64,000 bases of DNA, taken from positions 8,866,001 to 8,930,000 of the forward strand of contig NC_043024.1 in assembly GCF_006345805.1 (NCBI RefSeq). The letters are read 5' to 3'. The notes below the pieces were generated by a model, which was not told where the DNA came from, did not search any database, and saw nothing but the letters and a program-made list of their open reading frames with translations. Shown here piece by piece: positions 26,235-38,789 of the stretch. Position 1 is the stretch's first letter. Every line of letters begins with the position of its first letter. The DNA comes from Octopus sinensis. Its lineage: Eukaryota. The position numbers and the translations under genes were made by a program.

Positions 26235-26628
26235 ACTTTTACTCTTTTACTTGTTTCAGTCATGTGACTGTGGCCATGCTGGAGCATCGCCTTTAGTCGA
26301 GCAAATCGACCCCAGGACTTATTCTTTGTAAGCCCAGTACTTATTCTATCGGTCTCTTTTGCTGAACCGCTAAGTTACGGGGACGTAAACACACCAGCAT
26401 CGGTTGTCAAGCAATGTTGGGGGACAAACACAGACACACAAACATATACACACACATACATACATGTATATATACATATATATGACAGGCTTCTTTCAGT
26501 TTCTGTCTACCAAATCCACTCACAAGGCTTTGGTCAGCCTGAGGCTATAGTAAAAAACACTTACCCGTGGGACTGAACCTGGAATCGTGGTTCGTAAGCA
26601 AGCTACTTACCACATAGTCATTCCTACA
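26235..26628 (-). mobile_element. SINE family A
   Basis: Full-length reverse copy. Confidence 0.85.
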
Positions 26629-26786
26629 ACTATTATCTGTAGAATTAATCTTAAAAGTGCACTGCTAACACAGTAGAACACGTGGTATTGACTTATAAAA
26701 TCATTTAATATATTTTATATTATATCACGGTTGCATAACGAAATATCATGTAACTACAAGTCATGTTTTGATTTTATCTCCAACAG

Positions 26787-26959
26787 GTGTCTGGATTCTG
26801 GTTACTTTGATGCCAACTTTAATTCTGAATTATAAAACTGTTGACAAACCTCTTGGACATCAAGACTATGCTGGCTGGACATTATGGGTAATTGGGTTTT
26901 TGTTTGAATCCATCGCAGACTACCAGAAATCTAAATTCCGAGCAAAACCATCAAACAAG
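26787..26959 (+). CDS. DUF1295 protein, exon 4
   Basis: caacag|GT; (G)VWILVTLMPTLILN...GWTLWVIGFLFESIADYQKSKFRAKPSNK; donor AAG|gtacaa, phase 0; E..AD.QK..F motif. Confidence 0.92.
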
Positions 26960-27031
26960 GTACAAACTACTTTTGTTCTCTCTATCTTCCCTATCTTCAG
27001 CAGATAATGTGTATGTATGTATTTATGTATT

Positions 27032-27070
<39 letters not shown>

Positions 27071-27092
27071 TATATATATATGTATATATATA

Positions 27093-28190
27093 GAGTAGAT
27101 GAACCTTAGCGACTGAAGAAGGGGTTTTTCGTTGTGCTAATTGTCCTGTACTACTCCATTTTTTCTTGTCCTGTTCCTTGGTTTGTGTCTATGTTTTTCG
27201 TCTCTCTATGTGTTCGACGTCTTTTTGGTGGTGTCCTGTACACATATATGCGTGTATATGTACATGTAGAGGTAGGTACGTACATATATGTTTATATATA
27301 TGCATATGTTCTATTCTTTTATTATTATATTATACGACTAACGCCGCACCCCTTAAGTAAGATTGTTCTGTATATCAAGTTAGCCTTGATATTAACTCTC
27401 ACGCGACTCTGCATCTTTCTTTCTTTCTATCCCATTCCCTTTTTCGTCTTTTTTCCCTCACTTAACTTGTCTCTTCCTCTCTCTCTCCTTCTCTCTCATT
27501 CTCATCTCTCTCTCCCCTCACCATTCTTCATGGTCTCCTCGCACCATTCCCCTTCTTCTTGCTCCTCCTCCCCCATTCCCGTCGTCCATCTGCGACGATA
27601 CTTCCGTCGTAACTGCTATCCTGTCTTTTCTCGCCCGCCTTCTAAGGCTACTGGTCGACTTTCCTCCTCTCTCGTCGTCCACTATAATCCAGCGTTTGCA
27701 ATACTTTTTTCGTCTGGCGTAAACAGCCCTTCTTATCTTCTTCTCCTGTCCTGTCTCTTACTGTTATATATTTATTTTTCCACTGTTTATATATATATTT
27801 GTTTTACTGTTTATTTGTTTGTACTGTCGTTACCGTCTTGCTTTTTTTACCATTTTTTACCATTTCCCCTCTGCGAAAAGATCTCAGAATTTTAATTGAT
27901 TTGCTTTTCGCAGGAAGGAAGTTTCTTCGAAGATACGGTCTCGCTTTTATCCTTCGAAACGTAGAGTAGATGAAACCTTAGCGACTGAAGAAGGGGTTTT
28001 TCGTTGTGCTAATTGTCCTGTACTCCATTTTTTCTTGTCCTGTTCCTTGGTTTGTGTCTATGTTTTTCGTCTCTCTATGTGTTCGACGTCTTTTTGGTGT
28101 CCTGTACACATATATGCGTGTATATGTACATGTAGAGGTAGGTACGTACATATATGTTTATATATATGCATATGTTTTATTTTATTTATT
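27093..28190. mobile_element. Element with ~225-bp direct repeats (27093 and 27964), possibly Penelope-like/retrozyme-like
   Basis: Near-identical direct repeats 871 bp apart, flanked by (TA)n; contain CTGAAGAAGGG and TCGAAACGTA motifs. Class is inference. Confidence 0.5.
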
Positions 28191-28229
28191 AATATATATA
28201 TATATATATATAATATATATATATATATA

Positions 28230-28623
28230 TAGGCGCAGGAGTAGCTGTGTGGTAAGTAGCTTGTTAACCAACCACATGGTTCCGGGTTCAGTCCCACCGC
28301 GTGGCACCTTGGGCAGGTGTCTTCTTCTACTATAGCCTCGGGTCGACCAAAGCCTTGTGAGTGGATTTGGTAGATGGAAACTGAAAGAAGCCCATCATAT
28401 ATACGTATATATATGCGTGTGTCTGTGTTTGTCCCCCTAGCATTGCTTGACAACCAATGCTGGTGTGTTTATGTCCCCGTTACTTAGCGGTTCGGCAAAA
28501 GAGACCGATAGAATAAGTACTGGGCTTACAAAGAATAAGTCCCGGGGTCAAGTTGCTCGATTAAAGGCGGTTCTCCAGCATGGCTGCAGTCAAATGACTG
28601 AAACAAGTAAAAGAGTAAAGAGT
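28230..28623 (+). mobile_element. SINE family A
   Basis: Full-length copy. Confidence 0.85.
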
Positions 28624-28668
28624 ATATATATATATATTTAAAAAAGGAGATGTGGACACGAGTTGTGA

Positions 28669-28956
28669 TATATAAAAAAAGGAAATGAAGAAAATGCTGA
28701 CAAAATAATTTAAGTAATTTAATTAGGTGAAAGTTCCTTTTACCGGTTGCGCATTTGTTATGCTTATCAAAATATTTTTTAAGAGAGATAGAGTTCCTTT
28801 CTGATAGATTTTTTTCCTCTTATCAGAAAGGAACTCTATCTCTCTTAAAAAAAATATCTTTGATAAGCATAACAAATGCGCAACCGGTAAAAAGAACTTT
28901 CACCTAATAAATCACTTAATTACTTAAATTATTTTGTCAGCATTTTCTTCATTTCC

Positions 28957-28966
<10 letters not shown>
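28669..28966. repeat. Near-perfect ~295-bp palindrome (hairpin MITE)
   Basis: ~135-bp arms around a ~13-nt loop at ~28808-28820; TA-rich flanks. Confidence 0.85.
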
Positions 28967-29001
<35 letters not shown>

Positions 29002-29864
29002 TATATATAAAAGTAGATAATGGTACAACAAGGCACCGATATTTACTGGAAAATAGCAATCGTAATAAATACGACGCTATTGTATAGCTTCACTGCGTAT
29101 ATACAAGCAAAGACATGTGTGTGCACAACACATGAAAAAAAAATTTGTCTTACCTCTAGGAAGAACATATGAAAAACCTAGAATCGGATAATGTAGGACC
29201 GGTTTCTGACTCTTCAAATACGTTTGACAACGTAAATTTGATTAGTCTTCATCAGCTGCATATACCTAGACAAAATTTCAAATGTTGCCACATCAATGCC
29301 AGTACATTCGTCTGAACGCCAAAACGTTAACAGAACATATATATATGTATGTATATAAATATGGGGTTTTTCACGCTAACTACTTGATAAATTCTTATAA
29401 AGATTTTATCCTATTTTTAAATGGTAAATTTAACCGGAGTATATTTAGTACTGAGTTTTTATTGCGAATAAACACATTTGTACCGAGATGCAATTTGAAA
29501 AAGCCCGCCTTTTACATAGAAGTATAAAGATTGAACCTTTCTATATGCTACGCTGGATACATTGGGTGTTCATCTAGTATGTTGATTTTTATTCGTTCAT
29601 TATAATCTTGAAATATGCTCACACTGACGATTAAAAAGTGTATTTCTGCACTAATTATGAAATCATATGATTTGCTACTGAATTCTGTTTTTAAAAGGCT
29701 CACTTCAAGAGTTGCATCCCCTCGCATTCGATACGATGTGTTTATTTATTTTGGTAGTTTTGACTTTAAGCGTCCCTTCTAGTGTGTGGCATTTATGTAT
29801 AGTAATGCCCTCTATATAATATTTTATATATACAGGGTTGGGGAAAATAAGTAGGTATTAAAAA

Positions 29865-30228
29865 TCTCTCTATATATAAACGACAAAATGTCTGTATGTG
29901 TGTCCTTTATACAAATCCCCAATTTTTCAGTTAGAGGGCTAACACTTTCTATGGTCATTCAAAATTGTCCAAGGGTGGTCGTGCACATCTTTACATTTCC
30001 CCAGTCAACCTGCAAAGCCATTAAAAAATCAATAGAAGTGACTTTTTTGTGAATTTTCTATCCAAAACCCAATCAAAATGCCTGAAACTTGATAAGCCAA
30101 TTGAATGCCAGCTAGCTGTATGTGATTGGTCAGAGATTTGGACAGTACTCACATATATGTGTGCATGCATGCAGCTGTATATGCATGCACTAGCATTATG
30201 ACCCGGCGTTGCCGGGTCATAGTGCTAG
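29865..30228 (+). mobile_element. Non-autonomous Helitron (family H2)
   Basis: A|TC start; long 3' hairpin TAGCATTATGACCCGGC..GCCGGGTCATAGTGCTA; CTAG|T end; copies at 51896 and 60678. Confidence 0.85.
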
Positions 30229-30563
30229 TTAGTAATAAAATCCATATTCCTTTTACAAATTTATTGAATCAAATGATACATGTTCTTTATTTCATGGGAA
30301 AATTAATATAAATCTTCATATTTTAACATAAGCACCAGTGGCATCAACTGGTTTCCTCAAACAGCCAGGGAAAGAATGAGCAACCTCCTGAAGGACATTT
30401 ATCTTGGATATAATTGAGAATCTCCTGTATGCGATTGGTGTTATGTCATCCCACCCTTGCCACTCCAGAGGAATTTTTCAAACAATTCCGGCCAATCTTC
30501 ATACCAACATAGCAAAATTTCTTATGCAGTATTAACACAGCACAGCTTCTGCACTTTACGCAT

Positions 30564-30995
30564 GCACAGGAGTGGCTGTGTGGTATCTAGCTTGCTTACC
30601 AACCACATGGTTCCGGGTTCAGTCCCACTGCGTGGCATCTTGGGCAAGTGTCTTCTGCTATAGCCCCGGGCCAACCAATGCCTTGTGAGTGGATTTGGTA
30701 GACGGAAACTGAAAGAAGCCTGTCGTATATATGTATATATATATATATATATATATGAATATATATATATATATATATATGAATGTGTGTGTTTCTGTGT
30801 CTGTGTTTGTCCCCCTAGCATTGCTTGACAACCGATGCTGGCGTGTTTACGTCCCCATCACTTGGCGGTTTGGCAAAAGAGACCGATACAATAAGTACTG
30901 GGCTTACAAAGAATAAGTCCCGGGGTCGATTTGCTCAACTAAAGGCGGTGCTCCAGCATGGCCACAGTCAAATGACTGAAACAAGTAAAAGAGAG
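30564..30995 (+). mobile_element. SINE family A
   Basis: Full-length copy ~85 bp upstream of the exon 5 acceptor. Confidence 0.85.
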
Positions 30996-31081
30996 TTACC
31001 ACTAACCCAGTACAAAGTTTCTTGAACAGTATAAAGACCCCCAAAATTCAACTAATCAACAAAATTTTGTTTTTCTTTCAG

Positions 31082-31357
31082 GGCAAATATATCCGGAGTG
31101 GACTTTGGAGCATATCACGGCACCCAAATTATTTTGGAGAAATTCTGTTGTGGCTTGGGTTGTACACAACTGCACAAAATACTATGGAAGGGTATGAAAA
31201 CTTGAGCGTTTTCTCCCCAATATTTGTGGCCTTTCTGCTCATAAAAGTGAGTGGTATTCCCCTTTTAGAGAAATCAGCATTTGAGAGATGGGGCACGAGC
31301 CCTTCATATGTGGATTACGTTCAATCCACAGCTAAGTTGATACCATTTATTTGGTAG
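31082..31357 (+). CDS. DUF1295 protein, exon 5 (terminal)
   Basis: tttcag|GGC; GKYIRSGLWSISRHPNYFGEILLW...VSGIPLLEK...LIPFIW*; RHPNY is the hallmark of the DUF1295/ICMT/SRD5A-like superfamily. Confidence 0.93.
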   Translation, partial: GKYIRSGLWSISRHPNYFGEILLWLGLYTTAQNTMEGYENLSVFSPIFVAFLLIKVSGIPLLEKSAFERWGTSPSYVDYVQSTAKLIPFIW

Positions 31358-31405
31358 ATTTTTTTTTAGGCATCTTTTTTCTTTCTGTCAGATATTATAT
31401 GTAAA

Positions 31406-31790
31406 CTAGATGACGGTGACCCGCTCTACGTGCAGGTGAGGTTGTGGTTGTTACTTTCTGTTTCTTATCGCCACATTCTTCCTCTTTGTTTCTCTATCCC
31501 TCCTTATTTTCCCACTCTCTTACTCTTCCCTTCTTTGTTACGGTGCTCACGTTTTAATAGGTTTCTTTACATATGAAAACTGTTAATTTTAAAAGGCGTA
31601 TTGCAGTTTGTTGATTTTTTACCTAATTTTTTTATCCGCTTTCAACACATGGAGTAATCAGTATGATATTTTCTATTTGTTATTTTAATTACTTTTTTAA
31701 TGGTACCAAAGTTTTAATGGGTTTGTTTTCATTTGAAAACTTGTTAATTTTAAAATCGACCCTTTCCCTCGCTTTTTCTTACTCTATCTA
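31406..31790 (-). mobile_element. Helitron-like 3' end and body
   Basis: - strand ACCTGC..GCGGGT hairpin then CTAG|T at 31406; the interior matches the tandem repeat at 34850-35890. Confidence 0.6.
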
Positions 31791-31814
31791 TCTCTCTGCC
31801 ATTTATAAAAAAAA

Positions 31815-32186
31815 GTAGCAGTATCGCCCGGCGTTGCTCGGGTTTGTAAGGGAAATAACTATAAAGCATTTTTAGAGAGTTATAGCCAAAAAATGGAAAA
31901 AAAATTATGGTAAATTTTTTTTTTTAGTTAAAAAGTCGAGTTGCGTCCCCTAGACAGTCTGTGGTTTGTGTTTCTGATTCTCGACCCCATGTCGAATTTA
32001 TCGATTTTTTTCAGAACTGGGGGAACTTTTCAAAATTTTCGCTGCGTTAGTTTTGAATTATGACATTGGGCTATGTGTGTGTCAAGTTTCATCAGAATCG
32101 GTTGAAAGCCGTGGTCAGGGTGAGGGTACAAGCAAACAGACACACAGAAACACACAGAGACAAACTGCCGTTTATATATAGAGAGA
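31815..32186 (-). mobile_element. Non-autonomous Helitron with an H1 3' end and a different 5' half
   Basis: H1 hairpin (CTAG mutated); 5' TCTCTCTATATATAAACGGCA resembles the H2 start. Confidence 0.75.
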
Positions 32187-32439
32187 TTAGATTTATGCGT
32201 TTAAATTAAATAAATTAACTCTCCAAATTCAAAACAAAGGTAGCAAATGTAATTTATGGATTATGCAATTAAATTTAAATTACCAGATCAACTGAAATTA
32301 AATGAGCCTAGAAGAAAATGATTGATCAATTAATTATGTCGAGTTCTTGGGCTTTACCCATTGAGTGAAGGTAATAGGGTATCATGGATGAGTTCATTCA
32401 ATTGATCCCCATTGAATTGAACAGGTCGACTGGAACAGG

Positions 32440-32660
32440 AAGAATCTATCAGACTGAATTACCCTGAAATGTGGAAATCATTTCTGTGCGGTTCTTTCTG
32501 CAATGGCATCTTCTCTGTAAAACAGTTCAAATGTTTTGAGCAGTTTTGGCAAATTTTGGAACCTTCATTGAAGGCGAAGTAAAAGCAAGTGTCAGAAATG
32601 CTCAGCTTCCTCTTCCAAGTTTCAAAAATGATAAACAAAAGTCGTTGAGAAAGAACAGAA
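32440..32660 (-). pseudogene. Mariner transposase N-terminal relic
   Basis: - strand reads, with stops and frameshifts, EHF*HLLL..FNEGSK...REDAIAERTAQK*F, like the mariner helix-turn-helix region. Confidence 0.65.
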
Positions 32661-32749
32661 TTATAAAATGAAAATTCATAAAACACTGATAAAAATATTT
32701 TTTTGCTAATTCAAACAACAGTGAAAGAAACAAATTTATCTGACAGCCC

Positions 32750-33405
32750 AGTATCTATCTATCTATTTACCTACTTATCTATCAATCTATATCGATCTAT
32801 CTATCAATCTATATCGATCTATCTATCTATCTATTTATCTATCTATATCTCTATCAATCTATCTATATCGATCGATCTATCTATATCTATAAATTCATCT
32901 ATATCTATATCTATCAATCCATCTATCTATCTATATCTATCCATCTATCTCTATCAATCTATCCATCTATCTATATCGATCAATCTATCTCTATCAATCT
33001 ATCTATCGATCTATATCTATCTCTATCAATCTATATCTATCTATCTATCCATCTATTTATATCGATCTATCTATCTATTTCTATCAATCCATCTATTTAT
33101 ATCGATCTATCTATATCTATCTCTATCAATCTATATCTATCTATCTATTTATATCGATCTATCTATCTATTTATATCGATCTATCTATTTATATCGATTT
33201 ATCTATCTATCTATCTCTATCTATCTATCCATCTATTTATATCGATCTATCTATCAATCTATATCTATCTCTATCAATCTATATCTATCTATCTATCCAT
33301 CTATTTATATCGATCTATCTATCTATTTCTATCGATCTATCTATCTATATCTATCAATCTATCTATCTCTATCTATCTCTATCTATATCGATCTATCTAT
33401 CCATC
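32750..33405. repeat. Degenerate (ATCT)n/(ATCG) microsatellite
   Basis: Directly visible. Confidence 0.95.
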
Positions 33406-33762
33406 TGACTGACATGATGTCACATTGGCTCCACAGGTAATTCCTTTTTTCAACCTTCTATTGCACACATTTTGCTCAAATCTTTGCATACAAGGTGTCT
33501 AAAGCAACTTAGCTCAATTTGAGAACTTCGATTCTAGCCTGTTTCTGAGTATTATTAATGTTAACAATCTCCATATAAAACAGTATAATTTATAAATATA
33601 AATGCACATGTGTATGTATATATGTGTGTGTGTGTGTGTGTACACACATAGATTGTAGTGAACTGAGATCTGTTCATAGACCCAATATAGTCTTTGTTTT
33701 GAATTTGGAGTACACAATCACAACCTCCCCCTTTCTCAGTCAAGCACGTTATCTGGACATTC

Positions 33763-34475
33763 GGATCTTTTCCTTTTCAACGGCACTTTGTAACATAATT
33801 TCTAGGTAACTAAAAAGTTTTAAACTTCGTATACTGGTAGAATGTGTTTATAAAACATCATTTTCTGAAAATGTCACCGATCTATTGCATTTCAATCTGT
33901 TTTAGGGTTAGGGGTAGAGGAAGGATAGCTTTTTTCTTCACAAATGTAAATAAACCCAATCTGTTTCTTAAAGGAGGGACATATTCATTATGCACAGAAT
34001 GTTATTTACGTCAGTGGAGGTAATTGATTGGTTAAAATTGCTGAAATGCAAGAAATTTTAGATGAAATATCTTACAAACTATAGAATTTTCTCAATAAAG
34101 CCAAGAGAAAATGATGTTTTATAAACACATTCTACCAGTATACGAAGTTTAAAATTTTTTAGTTACGTGGAAATAATTTAAAAAAACTGCCGTTCAAACC
34201 GAAAAGATCCATAAACCCAATCTGTTTCTTAAACGAGGGACATATTCATACGGCACAGAATGTTTTTTTTTTATCTCAATAGACGTCATTGATTGGTTGA
34301 AATTGCAGAAATTGAAGAAAAAAAAACAACAAATATCTTACAAACTATAGAATTTTCTCAATAAAGCCAAGAGAAAATGATGTTTTATAAACACATTCTA
34401 CCAGTATACGAAGTTTAAAACTTTTTAGTTACCTAGAAATTATGCTACAAAGTGCTGTTCAAAAGGAAAAGATCC
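33763..34475. mobile_element. Rearranged/tandem GGATCTTTTC-TIR MITE composite
   Basis: Starts with an inverted right end (mirror of ~34375-34475), ends once at 34210, then a 5'-truncated second unit follows. Confidence 0.75.
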
Positions 34476-34849
34476 GGAAATTCTCTCTAAGATTATATGG
34501 TGGATATATTTTAAATATATTTACAATTTTTTTTTAGATTTATTAATAGTTTACTAAGGGAATTTTTTTTTCCTTGGTATATTTTGACGGTTTCTTTTCG
34601 TTAATGTTTATTGCTATATATTTTTTATACATGTACAATTAAATATATATATTTTATATGGTGAATTTTGGGTGGTTGTTTTGTTATACCAAAGTCTAGT
34701 CCTGTTTTTTTAACAGGTTTCAACGGGTTTTTTTGCATGTAATGTACTGGTAATTTTCTTTCATTTCTAAAATCAGTTTTAAAAGGAGATATATCTAATT
34801 TTGTTTGCGGGTTTGTTGATTTTTTTTTTAAACCTAATTTTGTAGTAGT

Positions 34850-35890
34850 TTTCAACACATGGGGTAGTCATTATATTTTTTATTTGTTTTATATTTTTTA
34901 TGGTGCTCAAGTTTTAATGGGTTTCTTTACATATGAAAACTGTTAATTTTAAAAGGAGTATTAACCCTTTAGTGTTTAAACTGGCCAAATCCGGCCCTAT
35001 ATTCTACATGCTTTATATTGAAACTGGTGATATCTAGCTTCTTACACCTAACCTACAATGCCATTCTAAAAATAAACAATCGTATCATTGAAACCTCAAA
35101 GCTGTAAGATAATCCAGGATTAATCCAAAACAATTTGAGTGAAAAAGTATTACATTTAACAGAGTAATCTGAACACTAAAGGGTTAACCTGTGAGATATG
35201 TGATTTTGTTTGCAGTTTTGTTGATTTTTTTTAACCAAATTTTTTTATCAGCTTTCAACACATGGGGTAATCATTATATTTTTTATTTGTTTTATATTTT
35301 TTATGGTGCTCAAGTTTTAATGGGTTTCTTTACATATGAAAACTGTTAATTTTAAAAGGCATATTAACCTGTGAGATTTGTAATTTTGTTTGCAGTTTTG
35401 TTGATTTTTTAACCGAATTTTTTATCAGCTTTCAACACATGGGGTAATCATTATTATATTTTCTATTTGTTTTATATTTTTTATGGTGCTCAAGTTTTAA
35501 TGGGTTTCTTTACATATGGAAACTGTTAATTCTAAAAGGAGTATTAACCTGTGAAATATGTGATTTTGTTTGCAGTTTTGATTTTTTTACCAATTTTTTT
35601 TATCAGCTTTCAACACATGGGGTAATCATTATTATATTTTCTACTTGTTATGGTGCTCACGTTTTAATGGGTTTGTTTACATATGAAAACTGTTAATTTT
35701 AAAAGGAGTATTAACCTGTGAGATATGTGATTTTGTTGATTTTTTACATAATTTTTTATCAGCTTTCAACACATGGGATAATCATTATTATATTTTCTAT
35801 TTGTTATTTTAATCACTTTTTTAATGGTACCAAAGTTTTAATGGGTTTGTTTTCATTTGAAAACTTGTTAATTTTAAAATGGACACTTCG
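34850..35890. repeat. ~175-bp tandem repeat (5-6 units) related to the Helitron-like element at 31406
   Basis: Units begin TTTCAACACATGGGGTAATC at ~34852, 35252, 35431, 35609 and 35765. Confidence 0.85.
34965..35183. mobile_element. piggyBac-type MITE (P1) inserted in one tandem unit
   Basis: TTAA|CCCTTT...AAAGGG|TTAA; neighbouring units show the empty single-TTAA site. Confidence 0.88.
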
Positions 35891-36045
35891 ATATCTTTGT
35901 CTTAAAATTCACACAAAGCTCAAATAAAAGAGTACTAAAATACACAGATAAGTAGAGTGAGTACACGGCTTTGCTTAGTACTTAACAACAGCTATAGTCA
36001 CTAATACTATCTGCTGTAACTAATGAGAGAAAATTAATTTTTTTT

Positions 36046-36245
36046 TTTTACTTGTTTCAGTCGTTTGACTGTGGCCATGCTGGAGCACCATCTTTAGTCG
36101 AGCAAATCGACCCCAGGACTTATTCTTTGTAAGCCTAGTACTTATTCTATCGGTCTCTCTTTTGCCGAAACTGCTAAGTTACAGGGACGTAAACACACCA
36201 GCATCAGTTGTCAAGCAATGCTAGGGGGACAAACACACAAACACA

Positions 36246-36291
<46 letters not shown>

Positions 36292-36665
36292 GACAGGCTT
36301 CTTTCAGTTTCCGTCTACCAAATCCACTCACAAGGTATTGGTCGGCCTGAGGCTATAGCAGAAGACACTTGCCCAAGATGCCGCACAGTGGGACTGAACC
36401 CGGAACCATGTGGTTGGTAAGCAAGCTACTTACCACACAGCCACTCCTGCGCCTAAAACTTTTTTTTACTAGTTTCAGTCATTTGACTGTGGCCATGCTG
36501 GAGCACCACCTTTAGTCGAGCAAATCAACCCCAGGACTTATTCTTTGTAAGCCTAGTACTTATTCTATCAGTCTCTTTTGCCGAACCGCTAAGTTACGGG
36601 GACGTAAACACACCAGCATCGGTCGTCAAGCGATGTTGCGGGGACAAACACCGACACACAAACAT
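36046..36665 (-). mobile_element. Two adjacent SINE A copies (one full, one 3' module)
   Basis: Sequence match to family A. Confidence 0.8.
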
Positions 36666-37103
36666 ATTCAGCAACATATATATATGTGTGTATATCTCAC
36701 GTTGTGAGAATTAAAAATAATAATTTTGTAATTAACTCGCTAATTAAGTAATTAAATTAGTTTTGATATCAGTCCATTCCAAATGCACTAAAACTCACTT
36801 GGGTTAAATTTCTATATTCCTATTTTCATTGTCCATCATACACTGACCCCATATGTTCTATTCTTATTCTCTATAAACACAAACTTTTAATCCCAAAACT
36901 GTGTGCAATTCCCAGGACAGTATGACATTATGTTTTTATACCTTTCTATTTTATACCCATGTGTCCCATATTCTATTACCTATGTTATAGCTCATATAAT
37001 ATTCATTATTTTATTTCCCTGTATTTTTTATTATTGTTACACAGGTTATTTTATGTGAATTTTTTAATCCAGATTTATAATTCACGCCTTATTGGATATT
37101 TAA

Positions 37104-37995
37104 CCCCTTCGTTACCAACCCGGCTCTGGCTCTGTAGTACAAATGTCTTGTTTCCATAAGTTCTGAATTAAAATCTTCCACCAAACCTTAGTCACAATTT
37201 ATGTCCCTAACACCAACTTAATGCTAAGTTATTTTTACTAAATTCTTTGTTATATTTATATACACCAAACATCTCAGCAGAAATATGGTAACAAAAGGGT
37301 TAACAAATGATTAATTTAACCCTTTTCATACCAACCTGGCTGAAACTGCCTCTGGCTCTGTTGTACAAATGTCTTGCTTTCATAAGTTCTGAATTAAAAT
37401 CTTCCACCAAACCTTAGTCACAATTTATGTTCCTAATACTAGTTTAATGATAACTAAGTTATTTTACTAAATTCTTTGTTATATTTAAAATTAATTGAAA
37501 GAAACACCAAACATCTCAGCAGAAATATGGTAACAAAAGGGTTAACAAATGATTAATTTAACCCTTTTGATACCAACCCACCTGAAACCATCTCTAGCTA
37601 TATAGTACAAATGTTTTGTTTTCAAAATCTTCCACCAAACCTTAGTCACAATTGATGTTCCTAACACTAGTTTAATGATAACTAAATTATTTTACTCAAT
37701 TCTTTGTTATATTTATAATTAATTGAAAGAAACACCAAACATCTCAGCAGAAATATGGTAATAAAAGGGTTAACAAATGATTAATTTAACCCTTTTCATA
37801 CCAACCTGGCTGAAACCGCCTCTGGCTCTATTGTACAAATGTCTTGTTTTCATAAATTTTGAATTAAAATCTTCCACCAAACCTTAGTCACAATTTATGT
37901 CCCTAACACCAACTTAATGATAACTAAATTCTTTATATTTTTAAATAATTGAAAGAAATACAGAGCATCTCAAAATAAATATGGTAACAAAAGGG
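37104..37995. mobile_element. Tandem array of four piggyBac-type MITEs (P2, ~200-230 bp each)
   Basis: Each unit is TTAA|CCCYTT...GGTAAYAAAAGGG|TTAA; units are separated by an identical CAAATGATTAATT spacer. Confidence 0.85.
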
Positions 37996-38789
37996 TTAAG
38001 ATGACTGTAATCTTGACAATCCTCACAAATTTATTTCAAACATTTATATAATAAACCTTTCCTTCCCAAATTTAATTTTTATACACAAACTTCAACATTT
38101 TAGCTTTATGAGGTGTTTTTCATTCTACTCGGGGGTCAAATTTTCCTGCGTTGTTGGAAGTTGCTTTACTTAAATTTGAAAATTTTTACCTTTTAATCTC
38201 TTTTTTCATCCAGAAATTTTTATTCTTTTTCTTTTTTATTTAATTTTTTTATTTTTGTATTGGCCATTTATTTTAATATATGTCAGCAGGTGTGTGCTTT
38301 AATGAGGGTGTTTTAATTGCAAATATAAAAACCTGAAATTTACAGGTCATTGTAGGGTCAAACAAATTCTATCTATCCTTTTACCTTTATAGAGATGGAG
38401 AAATAAAAGTACTGAGTGTTTTTCAGAAAACTTTAGTTTTTGTTATTTTGCACATACATACATACATACACACAGGTGTATGTACGTACATACATGCATG
38501 TATACATACACACATACATACGTACATATATATAACGAACTAACTGCTACTTTCTCAGATGCAGCACGGATTTTTGTCAGTGAACAGGTCGCGGTCTTAA
38601 AGCGACGAAAATATTTTGACAAATTAAACTTAAATGTTGAAGTGAATCAAACGGCTTTTGTGTGTTTCTTAAATGGCTTACAAACACCTTCCACGCTGCA
38701 ATTGTTTTCGTTTCAGCACATGATCTCAGATCAAATCACTTGCTATGCAAGTACATCTCCGTAATTGTTTTTCATTGTTATTCTGTATG

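Noticed and set aside
27134-27895. 253-aa hydrophobic ORF in intron 4
   Set aside because: Low-complexity T/C-rich repeat interior, TTG/CTG-type start, no recognisable domain.
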